A stretch of 64,000 nucleotides of DNA from Candidatus Krumholzibacteriia bacterium (GTDB lineage: Bacteria; Krumholzibacteriota; Krumholzibacteriia; LZORAL124-64-63). Shown here in pieces: positions 32,612 to 42,282 of this stretch (position 1 is its first letter; each line of letters begins with the position of its first letter). The translations under genes and the position numbers were made by a program. The notes under the pieces are model-generated. The model was not told the DNA's origin. It was given only the letters and a program-made list of their open reading frames with translations, and searched no databases. Location of the stretch: positions 64,001 through 128,000 of the forward strand of contig JBFXKG010000007.1 of the NCBI GenBank assembly GCA_050174015.1, given 5' to 3'.

Positions 32612-35490
32612 AAGCCGCAGAGACCAAGTGCCTCAAAGTGTTCCGTGATATAGGGGCGGCACCTGTTATTCGGTGGATTCGCTCTGCGAAGAGATCGATG
32701 ACATACTATGGGTTTTCGAACGGGGTGGGTTGGATTGGCTTCTAGGCTGAAGTAACCTAAGGATGTTATGGAGGAATGACGGTACATCGTTCGGGGTAGG
32801 GGACAATTTGAAACAAAGGCGGATCTTCAGAGCTGTTACGGACCAAAATCGGAATTTTTTCCTATTTATCCTCAAATATTGGCGAGTCGAAGGCATTGAG
32901 CAAATGATGTGTCTATTTCAGTGGCCACCAAGACCTTGACGTGGTCGCCATCGCTGCGATATAATCAAAATATGCAGTGTCCCATTGAAGTGACCGGGTC
33001 AAGAAATATGTAAAGTACTGGAATTTTCATGAACCTGGACTCTTCCTGAGAAGCAAGGGTAACATCGGATGGCCTGTTGTGCGGTTTTCACCTTGGTCTG
33101 GTTACTTTCCTGTGGGTGCCTTCGGAATGACGAACCCTGGTCGGACTGGGCCCTGGTGGGCTGAGTTGGCGCCCTTTCATGCGGCTGACGTCGGTCGGGC
33201 GAAAGATCTGTCATGTTGGTCAATTGGAGACGGTATGCGAACTCCCTTATTTGCCAAATCTTGGCGTTTTATTTGTTGATGGTCGCCGTCCTGAGCGGTG
33301 GGTGCAGCGGCGGCAACGACCCCATGTCACCCTCGCCCGGAAACTCCCAGGATTATCTAATCAGCGCCAGGCCCGATACAATTGTCCATGAAGATTCGCA
33401 GGTGATGGTGATTATCCCCGCGGACATGTTCGAGGACGGTTCCCCAACCACCATCGCCACTTCGGTTGCCCCGGAACTGACGGCATTGCCGCCAGGGGTT
33501 TCCGCCCTTACGCAAGCGGTGCGGTTCAGCGCAGACTTGGGTTCACTTCAGGACCAGCCGGACAGCGTCCGGGTGGCCAAGGCCGTCATCGTCACACTGC
33601 CGGCCCTGCCCGGGGTAAAGGTGGCTCGCGAAAGTGTACCAGAGGAGTACGCGCGGGTGGCTGTGGAGATTCCGGGCTGGGGTACCATGATGGTCTACGG
33701 TTCGGCCAAGCCCACCGAGGGCAATCCTGGCGGCTTCATCGTGGAAATCCCGGAATTGTTTTTTGGATTGTTCGCATCCGAAGTGGGCCATCTGAAATGG
33801 GAGACTCAGATAGTGTGCGCTGCGGCACATCTGGATGTCCAACCGAAATTGTTTCACGTCCTGGGGATGTCTGGCGGTAATCCCTCAATCTCCGAGGTCA
33901 ATGGCCGGATCGACGTACCTGCCGGAAAAGGTCTGGTGGTGCTTATCCACGGTTGGAGCATGGATGAGTCGGCCCAATTCGACGGACAGCGAGCTGCCGA
34001 ACGGGTGGCGGGGTATTGGCGGGAGGCGATCGCCTATTTCCATGGACAGGCATCCCGCGAGTTGGATATGTATTGCTTGTTCTACGATGAAGACCTGGAC
34101 TTGGAGACAATCGGGGCCCAATTGCAGGAAAAAGCAGCCCAGTGGTTCGATCCCACCGTGCATAGTAAGGCAATCGTGGTGGCCCATTCCATGGGCGGAT
34201 TGGTCACACGGACTTGGATGAACAACAATCAGGGGACCCAGGTTGTCAAGAAGGCGATCCTCCTGGACACCCCCCACCACGGAAGCGTCTTGGCCAACAT
34301 CTTTCTGGGTTTGCGGGCATTGGTTCCATTGTTCTTGCCCCCCACCGGCGCCCAGAACTTGGTTTTCGACACAGGAATCGACCTTCCCTGGTTGCAGTGG
34401 CGGACTAACCCCTTCCTTGCGAATTTGAACGAGGATGAGTCCCATTGGCAGGAGTACTTCCTTGTGGGGGGCATCGATGTGCCCGATCATTGGCCCACGA
34501 TTGCAACTCAAAAGTTATTCCTCCTTTGCCATGGGGCGATTTCCGATCCTCGTTTTGCGGGGCAGAGCGATGGAGTCGTGGAACTGGGTAGTCAGTTGCC
34601 GGATGATCTACACCACGATGTCAACGAGAAGAGGCACGGCCGTTACCACGATGACGCCAAGAGCGATCCCGCACTCCTGGCTTACTGTTTGCAGAAGATC
34701 CGTGAAAACATCAACCCGTTTCCCGACCCCGTGGGACAGTTCCTGCGGATCCCCGCCGGGACCTTTATAATGGGAAGCCCCTTGGGGGAATTGGGCCGGT
34801 ATTCCGACGAGGTCCAGCACCAAGTCACCCTGACACGGCCGTTCTGGCTGGCGACCACAGAGGTGACAGAGGAGTTGTGGGATTCAGTAATGGGCTCGGG
34901 GACCTCGACCTCCCAACTCCCCAAGGTCTATGTAGAATGGGACGAAGCGGTGGCCTTCTGCAACCAATTATCCTTGCGGGAAGGTTTGGCGCCGGCTTAC
35001 ACCCAATCGGGGACGAGGTGGGTCTGGAACCAGAGCACAAACGGCTTCCGATTGCCGACGGAAGCTGAATGGGAATTTGCATGCCGGTCGGGAAGTTCAA
35101 CGGCATTCGCTAACGGCGGGATCACTGAGGTGGGTTGTGATAACGACCCCAATCTGAATGCGATGGGCTGGTATTGTGGTAATTCAGATAACCAAAGACA
35201 TGTGGTGGGCCAGAAAGCGGCCAATCCTTGGGGACTGTTTGACATGCACGGCAATGTTTGGGAATGGTGTTGGGATTGGTACGGCAGTTATTCGACTTTG
35301 GCGGTGACGGACCCGGTGGGACCGGATTCGGGCTCGTACCATGTGCTCCGGGGCGGCAGTTTCGGCGCGGGTGCTCGCGATTGTCGGTCTGCGGCTCACG
35401 GTCTCAATTACCCTGTTAGCAGCGACTTTGGCATACGCGGATTCCGTTTATCGAGGTCGGCCTTTTGATGCCGCGCAGCGACATCAGGTC
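32612..35490. other. AT-richer inserted segment (probable horizontally acquired islet)
   Basis: Abrupt loss of host GC3 codon style from after the ricT stop to before tatD; ~600 bp AT-rich spacer plus one gene; no integrase or transposase visible. Confidence 0.7.
33213..35468 (+). CDS. Lipoprotein: alpha/beta-hydrolase (PGAP1/DUF676-like) plus C-terminal FGE-sulfatase (SUMF1, C-type lectin fold) domain
   Basis: Lipobox LSGGC; VLIHGW, AHSMGG nucleophile, TPHHGS, SDGVV; IPAG.F.MGS, TEVT, RLPTEAEWE.ACR, NPWGLFDMHGNVWEWC, RGGS..GFR. Confidence 0.88.
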   Translation: MLVNWRRYANSLICQILAFYLLMVAVLSGGCSGGNDPMSPSPGNSQDYLISARPDTIVHEDSQVMVIIPADMFEDGSPTTIATSVAPELTALPPGVSALTQAVRFSADLGSLQDQPDSVRVAKAVIVTLPALPGVKVARESVPEEYARVAVEIPGWGTMMVYGSAKPTEGNPGGFIVEIPELFFGLFASEVGHLKWETQIVCAAAHLDVQPKLFHVLGMSGGNPSISEVNGRIDVPAGKGLVVLIHGWSMDESAQFDGQRAAERVAGYWREAIAYFHGQASRELDMYCLFYDEDLDLETIGAQLQEKAAQWFDPTVHSKAIVVAHSMGGLVTRTWMNNNQGTQVVKKAILLDTPHHGSVLANIFLGLRALVPLFLPPTGAQNLVFDTGIDLPWLQWRTNPFLANLNEDESHWQEYFLVGGIDVPDHWPTIATQKLFLLCHGAISDPRFAGQSDGVVELGSQLPDDLHHDVNEKRHGRYHDDAKSDPALLAYCLQKIRENINPFPDPVGQFLRIPAGTFIMGSPLGELGRYSDEVQHQVTLTRPFWLATTEVTEELWDSVMGSGTSTSQLPKVYVEWDEAVAFCNQLSLREGLAPAYTQSGTRWVWNQSTNGFRLPTEAEWEFACRSGSSTAFANGGITEVGCDNDPNLNAMGWYCGNSDNQRHVVGQKAANPWGLFDMHGNVWEWCWDWYGSYSTLAVTDPVGPDSGSYHVLRGGSFGAGARDCRSAAHGLNYPVSSDFGIRGFRLSRSAF

Positions 35491-35578
35491 TTCCCCCTCA
35501 TTATCCTTGGAAATTACCTCCACCCCGTGGATGATTGGGAAAACCCGACACCCGTGATCCGCGAGGTTCCTTGTTCCG

Positions 35579-36382
35579 ATGATCGACAGCCACGTCCACC
35601 TCAACCGCCGCGAGTTCGCCGGCGAGCAAGCGGCGGTGATCGAGCGCGCCCGCGCAGCCGGCGTCCGCGGCTTCCTCAACGTGGGCTACGACCCGGTCAC
35701 CTGCCGCGAGTCCATCGCCCTGGCCGAGGCCCATCCCGACATCTGGGCCACCGTAGGCATCCATCCCCACGACGCCCGCCTGCTGGCCGACGACCAGGGC
35801 AACCACCACCAGCAGGGGCTGGACCTGCTGCTGGAGATCGAGGAGCTCGCAGCTCATCCGAAGGTCGTGGCCGTCGGCGAGATCGGCCTGGACTTCTACC
35901 GCGACCTGTCGCCCCGCCCGGCCCAGCGCACCGCCCTTCTGGCCCAGCTCGAACTGGCCGACCGCGTGGGCCTGCCGGTCGTCTTCCACGTCCGCGACGC
36001 CTGGCAGGAGACCCTCGACTTCCTCGACGAGGTGGGGCCGCCGCGCCGCAAGGGCATCCTCCACTCGTTCTCCGGAGGACCCGAGCACGTGGACTGGGCC
36101 CGGGACCACGGATTTCTGCTGGGCATCGGCGGTCCGGTGACCTATAAGAACAGTGCGCTGCCCCCTCTGGTGGCGCGTGCGGGCATCGGGATGCTCGTCC
36201 TGGAGACCGACGCGCCGTGGCTGCCGCCCGTGCCCTGGCGGGGGCAGCGGAACGAGCCGTCCTACCTGGAGAAGACCCGGGACAAGGTGGCCGAGGCCCT
36301 GGGCCTGGCGCCCGCCGAGGTGACGGCCCGCACCACCGAGAACTTCGCCCGCCTGTTCGGCGTGGAGGTGCCCGGGGCATGA
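35579..36382 (+). CDS. tatD: TatD-family DNase
   Basis: IDSHVHL, GIHPH, VGEIGLDF, HVRDA, LHSFS, LETDAPWL. Confidence 0.95.
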   Translation: MIDSHVHLNRREFAGEQAAVIERARAAGVRGFLNVGYDPVTCRESIALAEAHPDIWATVGIHPHDARLLADDQGNHHQQGLDLLLEIEELAAHPKVVAVGEIGLDFYRDLSPRPAQRTALLAQLELADRVGLPVVFHVRDAWQETLDFLDEVGPPRRKGILHSFSGGPEHVDWARDHGFLLGIGGPVTYKNSALPPLVARAGIGMLVLETDAPWLPPVPWRGQRNEPSYLEKTRDKVAEALGLAPAEVTARTTENFARLFGVEVPGA

Positions 36383-37224
36383 CCGAGACCCCGCGCAGCC
36401 AGTTGAGCCTGCTGAAGTCCCACGGGATCAGGCCGGTCAAGCGCCGCGGCCAGAACTTCCTGCTCGACGGCAATCTCGCCCGGGCCATCGCCGCCGACGT
36501 GCTGGCGCTCAGCCCCCGGGTCCTGGAACTGGGGGCGGGGGGAGGAGCCCTGACGGGGCCCTTGCTGGAGAAGGCCGAAAGGGTGGTCTGCGTGGAGATC
36601 GACCGCCACCTCTGCGGGGTCCTGCAGGCCGAATTCGGGAGCCGGCCGGTCTTCACCCTGGTGGAGGGGGACCTGGCGCGCCTGGACTGGGACGCCACCC
36701 TGGCCTTGGCCGGCGAGCGGCCGGCCGTGGCCGGGAACCTGCCCTACGTCCTGACCAGCACGGTCCTGTTCGCCCTGGCCGGGCTGAGGGACCGCATCTC
36801 GGGCGGGGTCTTCATGGTGCAGAAGGAAGTGGCCGAGCGGATGACCGCCCCCCCCGGGGGGAGGGATTACGGCGTGCTTTCCATCCTGCTCGGCTCCATT
36901 TTTGCTATCGAGACCCTGCGCCCGGTTCCGAGGGACGTGTTCTGGCCCAAGCCGGACGTCGCCTCGGCGGTGGTCCGGCTGGTCCCGGCGCAGCGGTGGA
37001 CGGACCAGGAGTTCGCCCGGTTCACCGCGGTGGTCAGGGCGGCTTTCGAACAACGCCGCAAGAAGTTGCGCTCGGTGTTGCGGGCCCGTTTCGGTTATGA
37101 TCAGCAGGTGGCCGAGGATCTGGCCGTCCGGGCGGGCGTCGATCCGGACCTGCGGCCCGAACAGATCACCCCGCCCCAGTGGCGCGCGCTGGCAACCCTG
37201 GTGTCCCCAGAAGGATGCAAGTGA
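36379..37224 (+). CDS. rsmA: 16S rRNA dimethyladenosine transferase
   Basis: GQNFL, LELGAG.GALT, EID, GNLPY, MVQKEVAER, F.P.P.V.S, F.QRRKKL. Confidence 0.95.
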   Translation: MTETPRSQLSLLKSHGIRPVKRRGQNFLLDGNLARAIAADVLALSPRVLELGAGGGALTGPLLEKAERVVCVEIDRHLCGVLQAEFGSRPVFTLVEGDLARLDWDATLALAGERPAVAGNLPYVLTSTVLFALAGLRDRISGGVFMVQKEVAERMTAPPGGRDYGVLSILLGSIFAIETLRPVPRDVFWPKPDVASAVVRLVPAQRWTDQEFARFTAVVRAAFEQRRKKLRSVLRARFGYDQQVAEDLAVRAGVDPDLRPEQITPPQWRALATLVSPEGCK

Positions 37225-39287
37225 AGGCTTTCTTGGACAGGACAGCGGCCCCGTTCCTCGCCATGGCGGTTGCCTCCGCCCTGGCCTTCGTCCTCGCCGC
37301 CGCCTCTCCGGCCCTGGCCCAGGACTTCGAGGACGCCGAGGAGGATACCACCGGCGCCGCCGCCGATTCCCTCAGCAACGCCGAGATGCTGCGTCTGGCC
37401 GCCCTGGAGGCCGAGGCCGTCTCGGGCGATCCTCTGGGGCCCTTCTGGCAGGGGATGACCAACAAGCCCAAGGCCGGGGTCAGGTCCAACGTCCGCCAGT
37501 ACAGCTACTACGGGGAGAACGTCACCAACGTCAGCTTCCGGGAGGGCTCGTTCACCAACACGAGCAACTATTCCTGGGAGGAGTACCGCAAGCAGGACAA
37601 GACCCTCGAGAAGCGCACCGACCAGTTCAACTACAACGCCGGCCGCCTCTTTCCCTTCGTCGCCACCATCACCGGCAACTGGGACTGGAGCGAGGATCTG
37701 ACGACCAACACGGCCGGGTTCACGAACCTCAGCAAGCGGGACTTCAAGACCGTCAACCTGACGGCATCCAGGACCAAGTTCCAGGCGGGAGGCTTCACCA
37801 ACACCCTGAAGGCCGACGCCAAGTTCGAGGATCAGCAGAGCGTCAACCAGGGCCAGCGGAACGATTTCAGCGAGGGCTCCCTGTCCGGGGGCCTGCAGAG
37901 CGGGGCCGCCCTGTCCGAAGGCGTGACGGTCGCCGGGCGATACTTCGCCAAGACCACCTCGGGCGACCGCAGCCTCGGCAACTCGACCAGCCCCTCGTCG
38001 GCCAGCGCGGACTCGGCCGGCTTCGGGGTGTACTTCGACCGCAGCTTCGGAACCGGCCGGGTCGCGGTCACCCGCAGCAACTTCGACAAGAAGTACCTGG
38101 ACTTCAAGAAGAACAGCAACGGCCTGATCGACACCGTGGGCCTCGCCGACGAGGACAAGGTGGTCGAGGAACTCGAGACCCGGGACGCGGTCTCGGTCGA
38201 GTTCGAGCACACCCTGCAGCTGCGCCGGATGAAGCTCGTCACCAAGGCGTCCCGGTCCACCGACAACCAGGACTACCGGGTCAGCGGCGTGGGCCTGAAG
38301 GAGCGCGAACAGGACCAGTTCGACGTGACCTGGGGCTTCGGCGTCGGCCGCGACTCCCTGGCCCTGTCCTACAAGTTCCTGTGGAAGTGGGACGACCAGC
38401 GCATCAAGGGCGCCACCCTGAACCGCGGTCGCCAGTACACCAAGAGCCGCAACTACGACCTGACCTGGATGCGCCCCCTCATCGGCGGCACCCGGATGAC
38501 CTTCAAGTACCACGAGGGCCTGACCCAGGACATCGCCGAGAAGGTCCACAACCAGAACGACAAGGACCGCCTGCAGACCGACGTGTCCCTGCGCCTGGAC
38601 CGCGACTGGCAGCAGAAGTTCAAGACCTCGATGATCTTCAGCTACAAGCAGGGCCAGGACCTGTCCATCCGCGAATCCCGGTCCTCGAACAACAACGTCA
38701 AGGACTCCTACGAGATCTCGCCGGGCTTCCTGTGGACCCTGGCGCCCTGGCTCACCCTGGACCAGAGCTACCAGGTCTTCATCCAGTACACCGACTACGT
38801 CTACTCCGATCTGGAGTCGGTCAACCGGGACGACAACTACAACAAGCGCGGCAACCTCACCACCAAGGTGACGATCAAACCCACCCGCCGCCTGGACCTG
38901 GTGGTGCGGAACGACTACAACCGGCGCTTCAACGCCACCCGCGTCGTGACCGACGCCGCGGGCAACAGCTACTACCACAAGGACCAGATCCAGACCATCA
39001 ACAAGATCGATTTCGGCCTGACCTTCCGCGTGGCCCCGGGCGTGACCCTCGAAAGCGCGACCTACCAGACCGAGGACGTCAAGGACACCTTCGGCGCGCG
39101 CGACCGGACCACCACCACCCGGTCGGGCGAGGTCTGGGTCGGCACCAAGGTCAACAAGCGCTGGGGCAAGACCAGGCCCCTGGAACTCTCGGCCACGGTC
39201 AAGAAGTACAACGCCTACGGGCCGGCGGTGACCGCCACGAGCGCCGATTACTGGGAGGCCGACGTCTGGATGAAGTGGGAGTTCTGA
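37215..39287 (+). CDS. Putative outer-membrane beta-barrel protein
   Basis: Signal peptide (ALA-Q); amphipathic beta-strand pattern rich in Y/F/T/S/N; C-terminal W.KWEF. Confidence 0.65.
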   Translation: MQVKAFLDRTAAPFLAMAVASALAFVLAAASPALAQDFEDAEEDTTGAAADSLSNAEMLRLAALEAEAVSGDPLGPFWQGMTNKPKAGVRSNVRQYSYYGENVTNVSFREGSFTNTSNYSWEEYRKQDKTLEKRTDQFNYNAGRLFPFVATITGNWDWSEDLTTNTAGFTNLSKRDFKTVNLTASRTKFQAGGFTNTLKADAKFEDQQSVNQGQRNDFSEGSLSGGLQSGAALSEGVTVAGRYFAKTTSGDRSLGNSTSPSSASADSAGFGVYFDRSFGTGRVAVTRSNFDKKYLDFKKNSNGLIDTVGLADEDKVVEELETRDAVSVEFEHTLQLRRMKLVTKASRSTDNQDYRVSGVGLKEREQDQFDVTWGFGVGRDSLALSYKFLWKWDDQRIKGATLNRGRQYTKSRNYDLTWMRPLIGGTRMTFKYHEGLTQDIAEKVHNQNDKDRLQTDVSLRLDRDWQQKFKTSMIFSYKQGQDLSIRESRSSNNNVKDSYEISPGFLWTLAPWLTLDQSYQVFIQYTDYVYSDLESVNRDDNYNKRGNLTTKVTIKPTRRLDLVVRNDYNRRFNATRVVTDAAGNSYYHKDQIQTINKIDFGLTFRVAPGVTLESATYQTEDVKDTFGARDRTTTTRSGEVWVGTKVNKRWGKTRPLELSATVKKYNAYGPAVTATSADYWEADVWMKWEF

Positions 39288-39288
39288 C

Positions 39289-39921
39289 ATGACCCGTTCC
39301 GCACCGCGCATCCTGCAGTCGACGGCTCACCTCGCGGCCCTCCTCGTCGGCCTGGCGGCGCTGTCCGGGTGCCTCTTCGAGCCGCGCGATCCCGCCCCGC
39401 CGAGCACCAGCAGCATCCAGTACCTGCCGAAGACCAGCCCGGCCAACGTGTGGGCCAACCTGGAGAGATCCCTGGTGAACACCCACGCCTTCGGCTGGGA
39501 GGACAACGTGGTGCCCGAAGGGGGCACCCCGTTCATCTACATCCCCGACTCCCAGGCCGCCGACCAGTTCCCCGGCGTCTTCGACGGCTGGAACCGGACC
39601 AAGGAAGTGGCGTTCATCAACCGTCTCTACAACAGCGACGTCACCATCACGGCCAAGCTGAAGGAGGACGGGTTCGTCCCCCCTGACGATTCCGGCGGCG
39701 AGGTCCAGTGGGAAGGGGTGGTCTACGACGTCTCGGTCACCAGCAAGACCGACGGATCGACCACCCGGTACCGGGGCCGGGCCATCATAACTTTTAGCGT
39801 GGAGGGAAATTTTTGGTATATTACACGCTGGGAAGACCAGTTCGGGGAAAGTAACCCGGACAATCCGGACCAGATCCTGCCTACGATGGGGGTGTTGCGG
39901 GGAACTTTTGGTAGCAAATAA
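39289..39921 (+). CDS. Hypothetical lipoprotein
   Basis: Lipobox LSGC-LFEPR; possibly NTF2/SnoaL-like (W.I..W.D end). Confidence 0.65.
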   Translation: MTRSAPRILQSTAHLAALLVGLAALSGCLFEPRDPAPPSTSSIQYLPKTSPANVWANLERSLVNTHAFGWEDNVVPEGGTPFIYIPDSQAADQFPGVFDGWNRTKEVAFINRLYNSDVTITAKLKEDGFVPPDDSGGEVQWEGVVYDVSVTSKTDGSTTRYRGRAIITFSVEGNFWYITRWEDQFGESNPDNPDQILPTMGVLRGTFGSK

Positions 39922-40033
39922 CCTCAGGATATGTTAAAATCGGGGAAAGCTTCCCCCTGCAACACGTCGGTTTCTCGCAAGAACAATGACCCTGTCACCC
40001 CCGGGAAACCCTGGCATTCTGGAGGATCGCACG

Positions 40034-40651
40034 ATGAAGATGAAGAGTTTCCTGACCCTGGGATTGGTAGGCCTGCTGCTGTTTCCCACAGGTTGCATCT
40101 TTTCCCCCGACGACGATGAAGGGGGCGGGGGCGGAGGACCGGCCGGACTGCCCTTTCCCGGTTCTCCGGACCAGCTGATGAAGAACTTCCGGTCCATCTA
40201 CGAGGCGATGGACATCGAGGGCTACCGGAACATGCTGCATCCGGACTACCTGACCATCCTGAAGGAATCCACCCGGCTGGACTTTCCCGAGGTGGGCGAG
40301 ACCCTCGACTACACCGAGGAGATCCGCATCCACACCAACATGTTCTCGGGCGCCTCGGGCCGCGACGCCCAGGGCAACCTGACCAATCCCATCTCGTCGA
40401 TCGAATTCGAGGAGCCCGTCCAGCTCACGGACTGGGAGACCAGTCCTGCGACCGATCCCATCCCCAACGCCCTGGCCGCCCTCTTCGAGGTGTCCTTCAA
40501 CTTCCTGCGGGCCGGCGACAAGACCCTGCAGGTGCAGGGCCAGATCAAGTTCTTCATCACCTCGCGGGATTCCCTGCACCAGGGAGTCAACAAGCAGTAC
40601 TACCAGATGATCGGGCAGTGGGACTTCACCGAGGACGAGCCGGTGAAGTAG
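40034..40651 (+). CDS. Hypothetical lipoprotein (distantly similar to the preceding one)
   Basis: Lipobox PTGC-IFSP; SP....NF..IY, Y..IGQWD end; GGAGG RBS. Confidence 0.65.
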   Translation: MKMKSFLTLGLVGLLLFPTGCIFSPDDDEGGGGGGPAGLPFPGSPDQLMKNFRSIYEAMDIEGYRNMLHPDYLTILKESTRLDFPEVGETLDYTEEIRIHTNMFSGASGRDAQGNLTNPISSIEFEEPVQLTDWETSPATDPIPNALAALFEVSFNFLRAGDKTLQVQGQIKFFITSRDSLHQGVNKQYYQMIGQWDFTEDEPVK

Positions 40652-40667
40652 CTCGTCGGGTCGACGT

Positions 40668-40697
40668 GCGGGGCCGTCTCGGCGGCCCCGCTTTTTT
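40668..40697 (+). terminator. Rho-independent terminator
   Basis: GCGGGGCCG...CGGCCCCGC followed by TTTTTT. Confidence 0.8.
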
Positions 40698-40815
40698 AGG
40701 CTCCTGCGGGTCCTGGCCAACCGCCCGTTCGCGGGCTACAATGGGGATCCTGAAGATCGGCCCTGCGGTCACGGACGCCCGCAGGTTGTTGCCCCGACCA
40801 TGGAGAAGCCTCCCT

Positions 40816-42282
40816 TTGAGCCCCTCCCGCACCTCCCGGAAATCCCGAAAGACCCAGGGGACCCGGCCGGTGGTCTGGTTCGCCGGCATCGGCCTGGCGG
40901 CCGTGCTGGTGATCGCCGGTATCGGCGCGCTGAAGTGGGCCGAGACCGAACCGGGTCAGGCGGCCCTGCTGACCCTGGGTTCGGACAAGATGTACGCCGA
41001 GGTCCAGACCACGGTCGAGCAGACGCTCAAGCTCGTTCTGCCGTCCCTGGACGTGGGGCCGGGGCCAGTCCTGCAGGACGGCGGTCTGGCTCCCGGCAGT
41101 GACGGCGACTGGGCCGCGCCCCAGCTGGGACCGGGCGCGGCCATCCGCTGCCGGACGGTGCCCGTGCAGGGCGGGGCGCCCTACTGGGTCATCCAGCGGA
41201 ACCTCGCGGCGGCGCTGGAGGCCATCGGCGCCCGCATCCTGTGGTGCGAGCGGATCTACCCCGCCAGGCCCGGACCCGAACAGATGGCGACCAACGACCA
41301 GCTCGACCTGATCCGGCTGGACGTGGGAGTGCCGGGCCGGCCGACGCACACCCTGGTGCTGCACCGGGAAGACCGGTCCCCGGGAATCCGCTGGGGCGCC
41401 GATCGGGGCCGCACCACCTGGCAGGTTTTTGCCGCCGAATCCGAGCCGACCCTGGCCCTGGTGATCGACGACTGGGGCAACAACAAGAGCGACGCGGCCC
41501 GGGCCATCCTGGCCCTGGACGCCCCGCTGACTCTGGCTGTCCTGCCGGGCCGGCCGTTCAGCCGGGAGTTCGCCCTCAACCGCACCGAGCTGGTGCTGCC
41601 GGCGGAACCGGAGGGCGATCGCCACGAACCGCCCGCCGACGCAAAGGACGATCCGGTGCGCGGACGCCTGGCCGCAGGCTGTCCCGTCGAGGTGGCCCTG
41701 GGCCGCAAGGCGCAACCCATCCCCGGCAGGAGGCGCGAGGTCCTCCTTCACCTGCCCATGGAGCCCGAGGGCTATCCCGACCCGGACCCCGGCGCCGGGG
41801 CCCTGATGGTGGGAATGGATCAGGAGGCCATCGCCGCGCTCATCGACGGCCACCGCAAGGCCCTGCCCATGGTCACCGGGGTCAACAACCACATGGGCAG
41901 CGCGGCCACGGCCGACGAGGCCACCATGCAGGCCCTGATGACCGTGCTCCGGGAGAGGGACCTCTTCTTCCTCGACAGCGTGACGACCTCGAAATCGGTG
42001 GCTGCGGCAGCCGCGGCCCGGGAAGGGATCCCCGTCCTGAGCAACCGGCTCTTCCTCGACTACGACAGCGAGGACTCGGGCCGGATCAAGGCCAACCTCG
42101 ACCGCCTCGTGGAAGCCGCCCGGGCCACGGGGTTCGCCGTGGGCATCGGCCATCCCTATCCCGCCACGGCCGAGGTCCTGAGGCGGGAACTGCCCCGCCT
42201 CGAGGCCGCCGGCGTCCGCCTGGTCACCGTGTCGGAGCTGCTGGCTCTCAAGCAGGAGGCCGATAAGGCGAGGCCGCGGTGA
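40816..42282 (+). CDS. Divergent polysaccharide deacetylase (YibQ/DUF610-like), membrane anchored
   Basis: LALVIDDWG, HLPMEP, GVNNHMGS, FFLDS.T, AVGIGHP; start uncertain (40741 or 40816). Confidence 0.85.
   Translation: MSPSRTSRKSRKTQGTRPVVWFAGIGLAAVLVIAGIGALKWAETEPGQAALLTLGSDKMYAEVQTTVEQTLKLVLPSLDVGPGPVLQDGGLAPGSDGDWAAPQLGPGAAIRCRTVPVQGGAPYWVIQRNLAAALEAIGARILWCERIYPARPGPEQMATNDQLDLIRLDVGVPGRPTHTLVLHREDRSPGIRWGADRGRTTWQVFAAESEPTLALVIDDWGNNKSDAARAILALDAPLTLAVLPGRPFSREFALNRTELVLPAEPEGDRHEPPADAKDDPVRGRLAAGCPVEVALGRKAQPIPGRRREVLLHLPMEPEGYPDPDPGAGALMVGMDQEAIAALIDGHRKALPMVTGVNNHMGSAATADEATMQALMTVLRERDLFFLDSVTTSKSVAAAAAAREGIPVLSNRLFLDYDSEDSGRIKANLDRLVEAARATGFAVGIGHPYPATAEVLRRELPRLEAAGVRLVTVSELLALKQEADKARPR

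Noticed and set aside
32612..33212. DGR template repeat or small real genes in the AT-rich spacer
   Set aside because: No AAC-rich copy of the FGE 3' end, and the short ORFs lack RBS or recognisable motifs.
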